Shown here in pieces: positions 21,643 to 33,408 of a DNA stretch of 64,000 nucleotides. Every line of letters begins with the position of its first letter. Position 1 is the first letter of the stretch. A program made the position numbers and the translations under genes. Source of the DNA: Lagopus muta (Eukaryota); NCBI RefSeq assembly GCF_023343835.1, contig NC_064458.1, forward strand, positions 4,729,829 to 4,793,828, written 5' to 3'. The notes under the pieces are model-generated. The model was not told the DNA's origin and did no database searches. It saw only the letters and a list, made by a program, of their open reading frames with translations.

Positions 21643-22370
21643 TGAACCACGTGGGCTGTCACGAAGTCGGGTGCTGGCGCAGGGCCTGTCTCATGGCTTG
21701 GAGCAGACGCAGGGCCCGTCGCAGTGGGCCAAACTGTTATGAGATCCCCCGCTCATGCATTTCTTCTCCAGACTGAAGAGTCCTAGGTCTCTCAGCCTTT
21801 TCTCGTGAGGAAGATGCTCCAGGCCCCTCCATCATCTCTTGGTCGTCAGCCAGTTCCCAGTCCATCTCACTGCCCACTCATCGGTGCGATGACTGGTGCG
21901 AAGCTGGCTGTCCTCCAGCATCCAGGCAGCTCTCCTGTTCTCCAAGGCCTCTCCAAGATCATAGAGAGCAGTTCAGCAATTACCTCCACCAGCTCTCTCA
22001 GCACACGTGGGTGCATCCCCACAGGGCCCATGAATTTGCGAGCACTGATTTTGCCTGCACACTTCCTGTTCAGATCCTCCTCAAGCAGGAGGAAGTCTTT
22101 AATTCCCCAGACTCTCTCTCTTACCGCCAGGGCCTGGGATTTAGGAGGGGCAATCTTAGTAGTAAAGATGGAAGCAAAGAAGGCATTCAGTACCTCTGCC
22201 TTCTCTTTGTCCCTTGTTACCACGGCATTCAGTGGCAGACCCGCATGTGTTCCAGTCTTAGTTTTACTACCAACATTCTCACAAAAGCCCTTGTTGTTCT
22301 CCTCGACCGCCTTTGCTGGATTTAATCCCAAGGGTGCCTTAGCCTTCCTCATTGCATCCTTGCAGGCCCT
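21643..22370 (-). mobile_element. CR1 fragment (inverted copy of 5520-6250), truncated at the amplicon edge
   Basis: Mirror of the CR1 at 5150-6250. The copy stops at 22370. Confidence 0.75.
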
Positions 22371-22800
22371 GACAGAACAGTGGCAACCCCAAGCCATGAA
22401 ACACCCCCAGAATTGGGCTGCCCTGCCAGCAGAACCTTTATCCATCCTGATTTGAGACCTCGTGCCTCAGTGGGGCTGGGCCAGAGGCCAGCTGGGCCTG
22501 AAGGCCGCTGTGCCTCATCTGTGGGGCATGGGCTTCTCCAGCACATCGTCCTGTTACATCCATCCCATGCCCCTCTGTGTATCTGCTGACACCTGCCTGC
22601 TGTGGGGCTGCCCATGGTGGCTGTACAGCAGGTCAGCCAGTGCAGCTGCTGACAGCTCCACCGTGCTCTGCAGCTCACAGTGCTCGTACCCCTCCTTGGG
22701 CTGGATCTTCCTGAGGTCCCTCGTGGATTTTGAGAAGATACACATCCCCAGATGCCTGAGGGCGTGCCATAGGAGATTGGACACCATGTAGTCCATACTG
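22371..22800 (+). mobile_element. Diverged CR1 fragment abutting the amplicon edge
   Basis: 22371-22525 is ~93% similar to 16208-16362, i.e. it is a paralogous CR1 RT region and not part of U. Beyond 22525 it diverges, and 'MPQWGWARGQLGLKAAVPHLW..' (ORF 22462..22791+) still reads as CR1-like. The far boundary is uncertain. Confidence 0.5.
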
Positions 22801-23789
22801 CCTCCTGATGCCGTAGTTCACTGAAACACTGCTGCAGGTGGTGCTTGCAGCTGTGAGACGTTCAGAATGTAATTCTTAACAGCAAGAGTTTTTCAGGACT
22901 CCCCTCACCTGACTCCATGGGGCCGAGAATCTTCTCATGGTTCCTTCAGAATGTGGGCTGACTACAGTGTTATATTAGAGCTTTATTATTACATATAGTC
23001 TTAGGAATAGAGTCAAGAATATGCAGCAGTAGTTGTTTAATCATCAACATGGAATCAATTACTTCCCTCTTTCATTCCTCTTGGTTATCCTAGATGTTTC
23101 TGTCACAGCCACTCACACACAGCTGTGGACACCCTCAAGGACTTACAGGGCTTTTGGATTGATATCTGCCACTGCTCATCCCACTTGACGATGTTTGGCA
23201 GGACGAAGACAGACCCCAGCATTCTGGTTACAAGTTTCAGAATTACATAAACATTTTAGCAAGTAGAATTGCTTATCATTGCCTACTTTTCTAGCACTTA
23301 GCGTCGCTAACTGCTCCACAGAACATCTAGCAATTAGTGTAGCTTTCTTATTATCTAGAATCCTTACTTCACCCCATTTTTCAGTCACTGGGACCCTTGG
23401 CAGATCCACTGTTAATCAGTATGAAATGCAGGAATTGTAACGTAGAGTCAGACTCTACCTACAAGATCACAAGTTGGAGGATGCAGTGGAAGAAGTAGTT
23501 GCTGGCCACCAAGAAACCATGGGCTTTGCATCAGCTCTGATCTGATCCCCACTTAGGGCATGCCTAAGATGTTACCTGGATGTTGCAGCCAATACTTCAG
23601 TTTTGATTTCACTTTCAAATTGCACACTGAAAGATTGCATACCTCTGGTGAGCCAACACCAGAGTGATAATGCTGATGGGAAGAATCCCGCTGGCCACAG
23701 AAAAGTGGCTGAAATGGATGTCCTCAAATCTGGGTGAGGTAATGGAGGAGAAGTGGGGTTACATGTGAGTGGCTGCTTCCATGTAAAGC

Positions 23790-24240
23790 TACATGCTCTG
23801 GCATGGAATCAGAGAATGAGAGAACCACCAGGGCATCATCAAACCATCAAAATGCAGAAGCATAGAGTCAAAGAATCAGAGAATCCAGAATCATGCAATC
23901 AGCTAATTATATGCTCTAGAATCATAATAATTGAATAAAAGAAGCTCAGAAACAGAGAATTCTCAGAATCAGAGAATTTAGAATCAGAATTATCATAGAA
24001 TCATTGAATAGCAGAAGCATAGAATCAGTGAATCAGAGAATCATTGTAGAATCATCAAGTCATGGAATCATAGAACAGCTGAGGTTGGAAGAGGCCTGAC
24101 AGATCATCCAGTCCCAGTTTTCTGCCCTGGCCAGGGACAACTTCCATCAGATCAGGCCATCCAGGGCCTCATCCAGCCTGGCCCTGAACGCTTCCACAGT
24201 TGGGGAGACCTGCGCTGAGGTTCACACATGCAACTCTATG
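23790..24240 (-). mobile_element. CR1 3' end with (catagaatc)n tail
   Basis: '..atcatagaacagctgaggttggaagaggcctgacagatcatccagtcccag..ggccatccagggcctcatccagcctggccctgaacgcttccacag' is the antisense of the CR1 ORF2 C-terminus plus tail. It is preceded by degenerate cagagaatc/catagaatc repeats. Confidence 0.8.
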
Positions 24241-25669
24241 AGGTCAGGCTCCCTGGGATTCCTTTTTGCTTGTGTATTTTATATGAACACTTTTTTTTCC
24301 TGAGTCATGGAAAAGGAGGTTTTGTGAAGGGCACAGCAGTGTTGGATTTCTTTTGGAAAGGTCTTAAAAATATTTAAAAAGTATTAAAAATATTAAAATC
24401 CATCTTCTGAAGAAAACCTCTCAGCACTTGTACCTGGCAGCAGTGCTTTGGTTTTCTACATAACCCATTCCATAAGGAGCGCTGGGTGATGCTCTTCAAC
24501 ACCATTGGTTATGAGCTTGCTCCATGCCAAATTTCCCTCTGTGGGAGTGAGAAAACAAAATAATGCTTGTGCCCACCAACTCCTGTTAGTCTGATTGGTT
24601 TCTGCCCAGGACAAAACTATGAGGACTGCAAAGATGTCAGAGGGAAAATTAGAAGGGCAAAGTGCAGCTGGAGTTCCATCTGGCTATGGCTGTTGAAGGC
24701 ACTTAAAAAATGCTGCTCTAAGTGCAGTAGAAGCTAAGGGAGGATAAAGGAGAATCCCCAGCCTTCATGGGATGGAGGGGTGGAAACACAGGCTGAAGTC
24801 CTTAATGCCTTGTGGGCCTATGTCAGATTCTGTGAGGATTCGGTGAGTTTTATGGGAGAGTTGTTTATGGGGTTAATTAAATTAATTAAATTAATTAATT
24901 GTTTCTACGTTCTATGATGGTTCTATTATTCCAGACTGGTGATTTTATGATGAGCCGATGCTTCTATGACTGTATGTTCTAGATTCAATGAGTGCAGATT
25001 TCATAATATCTCCATGATGATTCAATACTTCTAGATTGTCTGGCTCTGTGTAGATTCCCTGATGATAGGTTCTCTGATCCCATGGTGATTCTGGGCTTCC
25101 ATGGTTTGATGGTTCTGATTTATCACAAAGAGGACGGATTCCCAGATTTGTATCTGTAAAGCAAGGTATTTTCCAACCCACACCCATGCTTAACATGTGG
25201 AATCGTTCCAAGCGGCCGACATGTCCCAAGCAGAATCTATTTCAGAAGGCTGTTTATAAAAGAAACAACCGCAGAAGGCAACAATTCCAAGAAAAACAAA
25301 CGGGCAGAAATTCAGGTTTAAGCCCCGGCACTTCCTAAAGCAAAATATCACCCAAAACCATGAAGCTAACAGGCAAAAGAGGGTTGTTTTTGTTTTGCTT
25401 CGTTTCCCCAAAATACTTGGCTACAATTTTTTCTGAAATTTTACAACATTACCTTTGGGTTTTTCCAATTCTTGGTGCACATTGAAATGAAAGAGCAGAG
25501 TAAAAGGACTGTTGCTTTTATGCATGTGTGCCTGTGTGTGTCTTTATACACACATGCAAATCTCTTTTACTGTAGATTATAATTACTATTCTTTATCATA
25601 TGTAACTGATGTATAGTGCTGTGTAGCTTATAAACAGGAATTTGTACAGCTGAGATTGGCACAGGGTGT

Positions 25670-25800
25670 GTGATCCTAATGTCATCACCAGACAAATTCT
25701 GGTAGATTTTCCTTCCTGTTTTATAACAAAGCCCTACTCCTCCCTCTTTGCAAATGACACCAGTTTGGAGCAGAAGCACCAAGCCTGGGCTTATGACTGG
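25670..25800 (+). mobile_element. CR1 fragment (FADDTKL region)
   Basis: 'tttgcaaatgacaccagtttggagcagaagcaccaagcc' reads FANDTSLEQK. Its inverted partner is at 26880-27010. Confidence 0.5.
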
Positions 25801-26289
25801 AATCTTGCTCACAGGTTTAGTTTTCAATTGTATTGCTTATTATTTCCTTATGTTACCACACTTTGCTCAGGAATCTTCATTCCTTTCTCACACCCTTATT
25901 TTTCTTCCACAATATATTCACAGGTCTAGTTTTCTAACTACGTCTCCAGTACTGCAATTTTATCAGAAATTCTGCTGTGCCCTAGTAACACTACTATTTT
26001 CTTCCCTAAACATATTCATTCTTTGATTTGTTCTAACCATATTTTTAATGTTTTTCATTAAATTACTGTGATTTGCTCAGAAATGTTCCTATTCCCTGCT
26101 CACAGCCTTATTTTCCTTCCGGAACACATTCACTGGTTACTTCATTTTTAACCATGTCCTCAGTATTTTGCCATAACTGTTTGCAATTTGCTTTTTCTCG
26201 TTTCTGCTTGAAAATACATCGAAAATGTCAATAAAACTTGAGTTAACACATTTACCCTGAGGTAGGGAAAGGGGCTCCTAGTCCCCATC

Positions 26290-26790
26290 CCTCAGCCCCA
26301 CAGCCTCTAGGGCCCCACTTGCTGTGACCTCACTGTTCCCAGGGCAAAGCCTTTGACACTGTCTCCCACAATATTCTCCTGGAGAAGTTGTCAGCCCACG
26401 GCTTGGGCTGGTACACTTTTTGCTGGGTGAAGAACTAGATGGATGGCCAGGCCCAGAGAGTAGTGGTGAATGGAGTTACACCCAGCTGGTGAATGGTCGT
26501 GAGTGGTGTTGCACAGGGGTTGGTAATGGGGCCTGTCCTGTTCGGTATCTTTTTAGATGACCTGGACGAGGGGATCGAACGCACTTACTTAAGTCTGCAG
26601 ATGACACCAAGCTGGTAGGAAGTGTCAATCTGTCTGGGGGTAGGATATTAGCAAAGATTTCTTCTACAAGTGCGGTCATGTGCTGAAACAGGCTGCCCAG
26701 GGAGGTGGCTGAGTCACTGTCCCTGGAGGCTTTCAAGAAACATACATATTTGGCACTAAGGGACATGGCCTCCAGCCCATGGAGACCTTA
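26290..26790 (+). mobile_element. CR1 fragment, sense, internally deleted
   Basis: '[72 protein letters not shown]' continues to '...AAQGGG.VTVPGGFQET' (CR1 ORF2 RT and C-terminus). Confidence 0.8.
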
Positions 26791-26879
26791 TTGCATTGGA
26801 GACCTCATAAGCCCAAGGAAATCCAACACCATGGAGATCCCCCTACCTTGAAGACACCAATCTATTGATAACCCAATCC

Positions 26880-27010
26880 ATTGAAACAACATAGCCTGTA
26901 GACACCTCCACCCCAGGCTTGGTGCTTCTGCTCCAAACTGGTGTCATTTGCAAAGAGAGAGGAGTAGGGCTTTGTTATAAAAAAGGGAGGAAAATCAACC
27001 AGAATTTGTC
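26880..27010 (-). mobile_element. CR1 fragment, inverted partner of 25670-25800
   Basis: The reverse complement matches 25690-25800 over ~100 bp. Confidence 0.5.
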
Positions 27011-27146
27011 TGGTTGGCGGTAGATGGATGGTTGGACTGGTTGATCTTGGAGGTCTTTTCCAACTTTGGTGATACTACTTCAGACACTTTGACATCTCCA
27101 CCCCAGCCTCACCATCATTATGACATCACTACTGCTATCACTCTGC

Positions 27147-27152
27147 TTTATT
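27147..27152 (-). terminator. MVP: AATAAA polyA signal of MVP
   Basis: 'tttatt' on the + strand, about 80 nt 3' of the stop. Confidence 0.5.
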
Positions 27153-27228
27153 TTGGAAAAAATAAAAAATAAAGGAAGCTTTGAGTGCTCAGCATCCTGG
27201 GATTTCTGCCTTCTGTTAGTGCTGAGCC

Positions 27229-27357
27229 CTACGAGGCTGAGGGCTCCGGAGGAACCGCCAGCCCCAGCAGCCCCCGGGCGGTGCTGAAGAGGTTCAGGGG
27301 GGCAGCTCCATCGGTGATGAGGGCAGACTGCAGTCCGAGGCCCTGCAGCAGCTTCAC
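27229..27357 (-). CDS. MVP: MVP exon 16 (last; [42 protein letters not shown])
   Basis: Near-identical to the human MVP C-terminus '[32 protein letters not shown]'. The acceptor is cag|GTG and the stop is TAG. Confidence 0.85.
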   Translation of the reverse strand: MKLLQGLGLQSALITDGAAPLNLFSTARGLLGLAVPPEPSAS

Positions 27358-27467
27358 CTGGAAAGCACAGTGCAGGCACTGCCCCATCGTGGCACAGAGA
27401 CCTGGTGGCCCCACCAGCCTTGGGGGCCCTAACCTGGAGACCTCATACTCCATGAAGAGCCCACAAC

Positions 27468-27950
27468 ACTGGCCACCTCCAGCCCATGGAGACCTCGTCC
27501 CATTGGAGACCTCATAACCCAAGGAAATTCAGCGCCATGGTGATCCCCCTACCTTGAAGACACCGATCTACTGATAACCCAATCCATGGAAACAACATGT
27601 AGACACCTCCACCCCATGGAGACACTGCTCCACTAAAAGCCTGTACCCTATGAAGATCCCGTAACTCCATAGAGACTTCGTAACCCATGGAGGCTCAACT
27701 CAATGGACACCCCCTATGTTTTGCCACCCTCTACCCCACAGAGGCCCCCAAAACCACATGGAGCTCATGGAGACCCAATACAATGAAGATCCTGCCCCAC
27801 TGACACGATGTATCCAATGGAAACCCTGTAACCGAACAGAGTTCCCACCCTATGGAGCCCCAAGCCACGGGCACCCTATAGCCCATCAAGACTGCCGTGC
27901 TTTTGAAACCCCATGGCCACCCAAAGCTGACACTTAACCCCACCCCCAGC
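27468..27950. repeat. Degenerate 'ccatggagacc..' satellite-like array in the last MVP intron (related copy at 26775-26900)
   Basis: Repeated 'c(c)atggagac(c/a)..' blocks. 27468-27610 is a direct repeat of 26775-26900. Confidence 0.6.
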
Positions 27951-27959
27951 CCCACATAC

Positions 27960-28148
27960 CTGCAGCTCAGGCCCAGCACGGGCGATGTCCCGGATGGTCT
28001 CAGGCCCCAGGGCTGCTGCCACCTCCCGCACCTTTGAGGACTCCACGGCCGCCAGCGCCTGTGCCCGCGCCGCCTCCGCCTCTGCCCGCGCCCGCTGCGC
28101 CCGCACCTCCTGCGCCTGCATCCGCTCCAGCCGCGCCAGCTCTGCCTC
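27960..28148 (-). CDS. MVP: MVP exon 15 (EAELARLERMQAQEV...IRDIARAGPELQ)
   Basis: Aligns to human '[63 protein letters not shown]'. Flanked by cccag| and CAG|gtatgt. Confidence 0.85.
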
Positions 28149-28219
28149 CTGGGCACGGGGAGGAGGTAAGGCCTCACCCCACCTTATGAGACACCGCCAC
28201 AGCCCTGCTCGTAACGCAC

Positions 28220-28346
28220 CGTCTCTATGGCAACAGCCTCTGCCTTCAGCTTGGCCTGCAAGATGGCGGCCTCGGCCTCGATGCGTGCAGCCTCTGCCCT
28301 GGCCTGGGCCTCCGCCCGCGCTGCGCCTGCACTCTCCACCGCAGCG
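28220..28346 (-). CDS. MVP: MVP exon 14 ((S)[42 protein letters not shown])
   Basis: Aligns to human '[42 protein letters not shown]'. The donor is ACG|gtgcgt. Confidence 0.85.
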
Positions 28347-28609
28347 CTGCAAGGAGTGCTGTCACATGCCAAGCCTGCCGGGGCCACATCCCCTCCTCCC
28401 ACCCGGTAGCCTACAAGCAAGGAGACTGCCCTACTTCTGTAGGCCGATGGATCCCAGCACTCCCAGAGCCCCAGCACTCGCTCCAGCTGGGGCACATGGG
28501 GACACTGGAACAGGTGGAGCCTCGGGCAAATGGAGGTCCCCGGCAGCCTTCCCAAGTTGGCAGGTGAGCGTGATGCATGCTGGGAAGGGGGAGAACCAAG
28601 ATGGCTGAC

Positions 28610-28726
28610 CTGAGGGCCTCCAACTCCAGCAGCTCCCTGCGTGCCCGCTCTGCCTCCGCCTGGTCCAACAGCCGCTGGCGCTCCAGGCGGCCCCGGGCCT
28701 CCTGTGCCAGGCGCTCAGCTTCATGC
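28610..28726 (-). CDS. MVP: MVP exon 13 ([38 protein letters not shown])
   Basis: Aligns to human '[38 protein letters not shown]'. Confidence 0.85.
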
Positions 28727-28734
28727 CTGTGGGA

Positions 28735-29440
28735 TGAAGGGACACTGTGGGCATGTGGGACACTGGGGGGACACTGGGGGCCAACTGGGGACACTGGGAG
28801 GATGCAGACAGGACAGTGGGAGGACAGTTGGAGACACGTTGAGGTCACTGGAGCACAGGACACTGGGGATGCTGTGGGAACTCTGGGGTTCTGAGGATAC
28901 TGAGGACACACAGGTGACATTGGGGATGGGACATTTGGGACACATTAGAGACACTGGGAACACACTGGGGACACTGGGAATGCTTTGGGGATACTGGGAC
29001 ACAGAACGATGCAGGTGATGCTGAAGATATGTGGGACATTAGGATGGAGGGTATGTGGAATGAAGTTTGGGGGCACGGAGGATATGGAAGACATTTGGAA
29101 ACATGGGAGATAAAGAGGATATTTGGGGACATAGGACTGAGGACATTTGGTGGCATGGAACGCATAGAAGATGCTTGGGGATGTGGGACAAGGACATCTG
29201 TGGACAAGAGGGATAGAGAGGATATTTGGGGACACTTGGGAATATAGAGAACACTTGAGCGAATGGGAGATGTAGAGGAAATTTGGGGATGTATGGGATA
29301 TAGAGGACATTTGGGGACACAGGGGACATAGAGGACACCTGGGGATAAAGAGGTCATATGGGGACAGGAAGTGGAAAAGGAGAGGTGGGAATATGGCAAC
29401 ACATGGCATACAGAGAGGCAAAAGAAGACATATGGCAACA
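28735..29440. repeat. Minisatellite (~18-20 bp 'atagaggacatttggggaca') in MVP intron 12 (second block 29750-29890 in intron 11)
   Basis: Long run of 'ggacac(t)tgggga / atagaggatatttggggac' units. Confidence 0.7.
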
Positions 29441-29485
29441 AGAACACAAGGGGGGCAAACCAAGGTGACACAGGGAACTGGGGAC

Positions 29486-29697
29486 CTGGCGGCAGCCTCC
29501 TGGGAGTTGGTGGCGATCTCGATGGCCAGCTGGACGCTGCGCTGCAGTGCGTCGCGTGTGCGTTGGTCCACAGGTTCCACACTCTGGATGTCGACGCTCG
29601 TCACCACCAGCCCATTGGGGACAAAGCGCAGGTGCTCCCGCAGCCGTCCACCCTCGTCAAAGCCAAAGACAGCTGAGCAGATGAGGCGATTGGAATT
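29486..29697 (-). CDS. MVP: MVP exon 12 ([70 protein letters not shown])
   Basis: Aligns to human '[80 protein letters not shown]'. Confidence 0.85.
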
Positions 29698-30207
29698 CTG
29701 GGGACAGCAGGGACAGCAGTGTCACTGCGGGACGAGGACAAGGGCAGGGGACCAGGGGGGCATCAGGGCCATTTAGGGGTGTGAGGGACATAGAGGGTAT
29801 TTGGTGACAGGAGAGATCTGGGAAATGGGATATAGAAGATACTTGGGGATATGGAGATATAAGGGCATCTGTGGACATCTGGGGACAATATCATAGTGTA
29901 GGCTGTTGGGGCAGTGAGCACAATGGGGACATGGGGTGACACTGAGGAACCTGCAAGGATTTATCAAAGCCAAGCAGGGATGTTGAGAATTCTGTTGATG
30001 TCCCCAGAGGCTCTTGGAGACAGCAGAGACTCAGGGACATGGGGAACCCCATTCTGGTGACATCTGAGCGAGCCAAGATAACATAAACAAAATGTGGGGA
30101 CGTAGGGGGAGGTGACACAGGAGGACGCAAGGCAATGACTTAGGGTGGCGTGGCTGGGGGAAGCATGGGTGATAAGTGGGGGAACCAAGGGGTGGCAAGA
30201 GGTGGAC

Positions 30208-30346
30208 CTTGTGGAAGTCATCAAAGGTGACAGCAGCGACAGCTCCACGCACACGGGAGGCCAGGGCCTTGCAGGCATCCCCCACAAAGTCAGGAACACT
30301 GAAGAGACGCCCCAGAGCCTTTGGATCCTCAGGCACCTCAAAGTGC
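30208..30346 (-). CDS. MVP: MVP exon 11 ((W)[46 protein letters not shown])
   Basis: Aligns to human '[48 protein letters not shown]'. Confidence 0.85.
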
Positions 30347-30479
30347 CTGTGGGGAAATGTCCTCATGTCACCACCCCATACCACAATCCTGGTCCTAACC
30401 CTGATTCTCAAAGCTACCTCTGTCCCCAGGCCACCAACCCATGGGCTTTGGCTGTCCTACAGTGAAATTCCACCCAAGA

Positions 30480-30880
30480 CCACCCATACTGCACCCAAGA
30501 ACAAATCAAACTTAAGACCACTCTAACTCCACCTCAAACCCAAGACCATCCCACGCCCCACCCCAAGACCAACCCAAACCTCAACCAAGACCACCCTAAA
30601 TCCAAGACCACCCCAAACCCCACCCAAGATCATTCACAAACTCCACCCAATCCTAACCCATAGCTCACCTGAGACCACCCCAAACTCAAGGCCAACCCAA
30701 ACGCCACCCAAAACCAACCCAAATCCCACACCAAGACCACCTCAAGACCCAGGACCAAACCAAACCCCACCCAAGACCACCTCACCCTTACCCAAAGACT
30801 ACCCCATACACAAGATCACTCCATACTCAAGACCACCCAATCCTAAGACCACCCCAACTCCCACCTAAGACCCCTCAGCC
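30480..30880. repeat. Minisatellite (~15-bp 'ccaagaccaccccaaa') in MVP intron 10
   Basis: Tandem '..aagaccacc(c)caaa(c)cc..' units. Confidence 0.7.
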
Positions 30881-30891
30881 CCCAGCCCCAC

Positions 30892-31089
30892 CAGTTGTAG
30901 GCCAGCTGCAGCTGCAGCCGTGCATGGTCAGCTGTCTCAATGGTGACAATGTCAGCACAGAAGTCAGGGCCGAGGCGCAGGCAGAGGCTGCGGCGTGCAT
31001 GGGGCCTTTTGGGGCGGCCTCCAGATAGGGACAGCACCGTCAGCTGCTCACCAGGGCCCAGCACCACCAGCTCGGGGCCCAGTACCACT
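30892..31089 (-). CDS. MVP: MVP exon 10 ((R)[65 protein letters not shown](W))
   Basis: Aligns to human '[67 protein letters not shown]'. Confidence 0.85.
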
Positions 31090-31119
31090 CTGCAATGGGG
31101 TGGAGAAAGAGCATCGTAA

Positions 31120-31760
31120 GGTAAAATGAGGCCCAGGGGTCCTTCAAGCCGAGGACCCTGCAAACCCCAGAATCCTACAAACCCTAGAATCCTATGAAAC
31201 TTACAATCTTACAAAGCCTAGAAACCATAGAGTCCCACGATACCTATAATAACCTGAGTAAGCATCGTGAGTAAGTACCCATAAGCATCACTGTGCTCCT
31301 TACTCTCACCCCAAAACCCTACAGTCACATTGGAGATTCTGCAGCACAGGAAGGTCATCAGGAGGTAGTAGAGGGCTGGACAATCCTTGGCAGCCCCAGA
31401 ATTCAACAAATCTACAGCACTCTACAGTCATATAACTCTAGAACCCCAGAACCCTAGAATCCTAGAACTCTGGAGTCCTATAAACACAGAACCCTAGGAT
31501 GCTTAGAATACAAGAATTTTATAAACACCCTAGAACTCTATAAACATGGAATGCTAGAATCCTGGAATCATGGAATTTAGAATCTTAAAAAACTAGAATG
31601 CTAGAATCCCTGAATTGTTGAAACTGAGAGTCCTAAAAACCTACAGTCCTTGAATCCTAGAGTCCTGCAGTCCCAGAAACCCAGCAACCTAGGAAATGCA
31701 GAACCCTAGAATCCCAGAAACATAAAAACCTAGAACCCTACAAACCCAGAATATCCTGAG
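31120..31760. repeat. Minisatellite (~9-10 bp 'cctagaatc') in MVP intron 9
   Basis: Tandem 'ccctagaatcc / cctagaactc' units. Confidence 0.7.
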
Positions 31761-31885
31761 TTTGAATGGATCCAATAGGTTGGCTTTTAGGAAAAAACAA
31801 AGCCAGGGATCCCAGCAAAATTCTCCAAACTCAGTGCCTGCCCCACATCCCATTGTCCCCATGCCTCTCAACTGAAGGCACTTAC

Positions 31886-32136
31886 CGTGCTCGCCGCTCC
31901 CGGTAGTCATAGACCTGCACAGCAGCATTATGGGGCACCTGATATGTGACAGCACGGGTCCGGTCCCGTTCCTGGACCCCAAAACTGGGGCCTGAGGATG
32001 ACTGGATGCCCAAATCTTGACCAGCTGTGTCCCCACGAGCCTCAGCCAACAGGGTCTCAACCCCTTGGGGCAGCTCCTTCTCCCACAGCTCCTCGGCCTC
32101 CGTCAGCATGTAGGTCTGCCCCGTCACCACCCGCAC
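31886..32136 (-). CDS. MVP: MVP exon 9 ([30 protein letters not shown]...[17 protein letters not shown](R))
   Basis: Aligns to human '[30 protein letters not shown]...[18 protein letters not shown]'. Confidence 0.85.
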
Positions 32137-32159
32137 CTGTATGGAAACCAGTGTGGGGC

Positions 32160-32745
32160 TAGGGTGTCACCAGGAATACTAGGAGGACTGGAAGAGGTGT
32201 CTGAAAGGATTCATGGGGTACGTGGAACTCTTGGATGGGGCTTAGGGGCACTGGAAGAGGATTTCAGGCCTACTGGGAGTACTGGGAGAGCATGTGGAGG
32301 CACAGAAAGGGCTACTGAGAGCAGCTATATGGGATACTGGGAGCTCTAGGATGAGCTGTGGGAAGTGTCTGGGGGCACTGGGATGGGATTTGGGGAGTGC
32401 AAAGAACACTTGGAAGGGACTTGGGGAAACTGAGAGGGAATTATGTGTGCTGGGGGACACTGGGAGAGACTGGAAAGGTGTGTGGGGGCACTAGGGAGGG
32501 GGACTTTGGGGGCACTGGGAAGGGATTGTTGAGGGACTGAGAGAGGAAAGGGGTTACTAGGAGCCCTTGGAGGGGTATCCAAAGGGATGTGGGGGGCTCT
32601 TGGAGATCCTAGATGGGCTCTGTAGGTACTGGAAGCAGCTATATGGGATACTGGAAGCACTGGGATGAGCTGAGGAAGGTTTCTAGAGACACTGGAAAGC
32701 AGTGTGAGGGACACTGAGGTAGGTTTAGGGGCACTGAGCACCCAT
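32160..32745. repeat. Minisatellite (~20-bp 'gggcactgggaagggatt') in MVP intron 8
   Basis: Repeated 'gg(g)cactgg(g/a)a(g/a)(g)gga(t)tt..' units. Confidence 0.65.
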
Positions 32746-32771
32746 GGGATCTGTAGGAACAGGACTCTCAC

Positions 32772-32930
32772 CTTGCCGGTGCGGATGTCCCGCACATAGA
32801 TGCCCTCGTTCTCAGCCAGGGCCAGTGCACGGCGTCGCTCCAGCACAGTCACCTCAGCTGGTGGCACGTACTCGAGAGGACCCCGGGCCAACCAGCGGTC
32901 CCCTGCACGCCGTATCACCTCCGTCCCATC
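32772..32930 (-). CDS. MVP: MVP exon 8 ([53 protein letters not shown])
   Basis: Aligns to human '[50 protein letters not shown]'. Confidence 0.85.
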
Positions 32931-33282
32931 CTGAGGATGCAGCGGTGGCATCAGCACCAACCTGGGGACATGGGATGTGGGGACCCTACCCAATCGCTGG
33001 CTGGGGATGTGGGACCTCCAGAATCTCCCAGGTGTCCCCCTGTCCCCAGGTATCATCATGTATCCCAGGTGCCCCCTATGCACCTCACCTGTTCCCATGT
33101 ACCCCAGGCGTCCCCCATGAACCTCACCTGTCCCCACCTGCCTCCAATGCACCTTACCAATTCCAGTGTTCCCACGAGTCTCCTTTGCTCCCCCCCCCCA
33201 GTTCCCCCAGTTGTTCCCTCTGTCCCCCATTCGCCCACCACCCCCAGTCTCCACCACGTGATGCTATGAGCTTCAGTGTCAC

Positions 33283-33408
33283 CTCGTCAGTGTCCTTGAT
33301 TGTCTGCAGAGCCTGAAGAAGTAGCCCCTCATCCTCAGAGAGCACATAGACATCCTCGATGCCAGCCTGGAGCCTCTCACCCGGCTGCAGGAAGAAGGAT
33401 TTCTCCCC
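33283..33408 (-). CDS. MVP: MVP exon 7 ([42 protein letters not shown])
   Basis: Aligns to human '[44 protein letters not shown]'. Confidence 0.85.

Larger units (their letters stand above)
17841..22370 (-). repeat. Inverted copy of U positions 5520-10052, contiguous with the previous feature as an inverted tandem array
   Basis: ORFs mirror with coordinate sum 27893 (9100..9837+ = 18056..18793-; 6248..6460- = 21433..21645+). The copy ends at 22370, where the sequence switches to a more diverged CR1 fragment. Confidence 0.9.

Noticed and set aside
22800-23780. AT-rich region with 'cagagaatcagagaat' repeats, considered as a satellite
   Set aside because: It is the degenerate (ATTCTRTG)n 3' microsatellite tail of the CR1 that ends at 24240. 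It is an ordinary CR1 tail.
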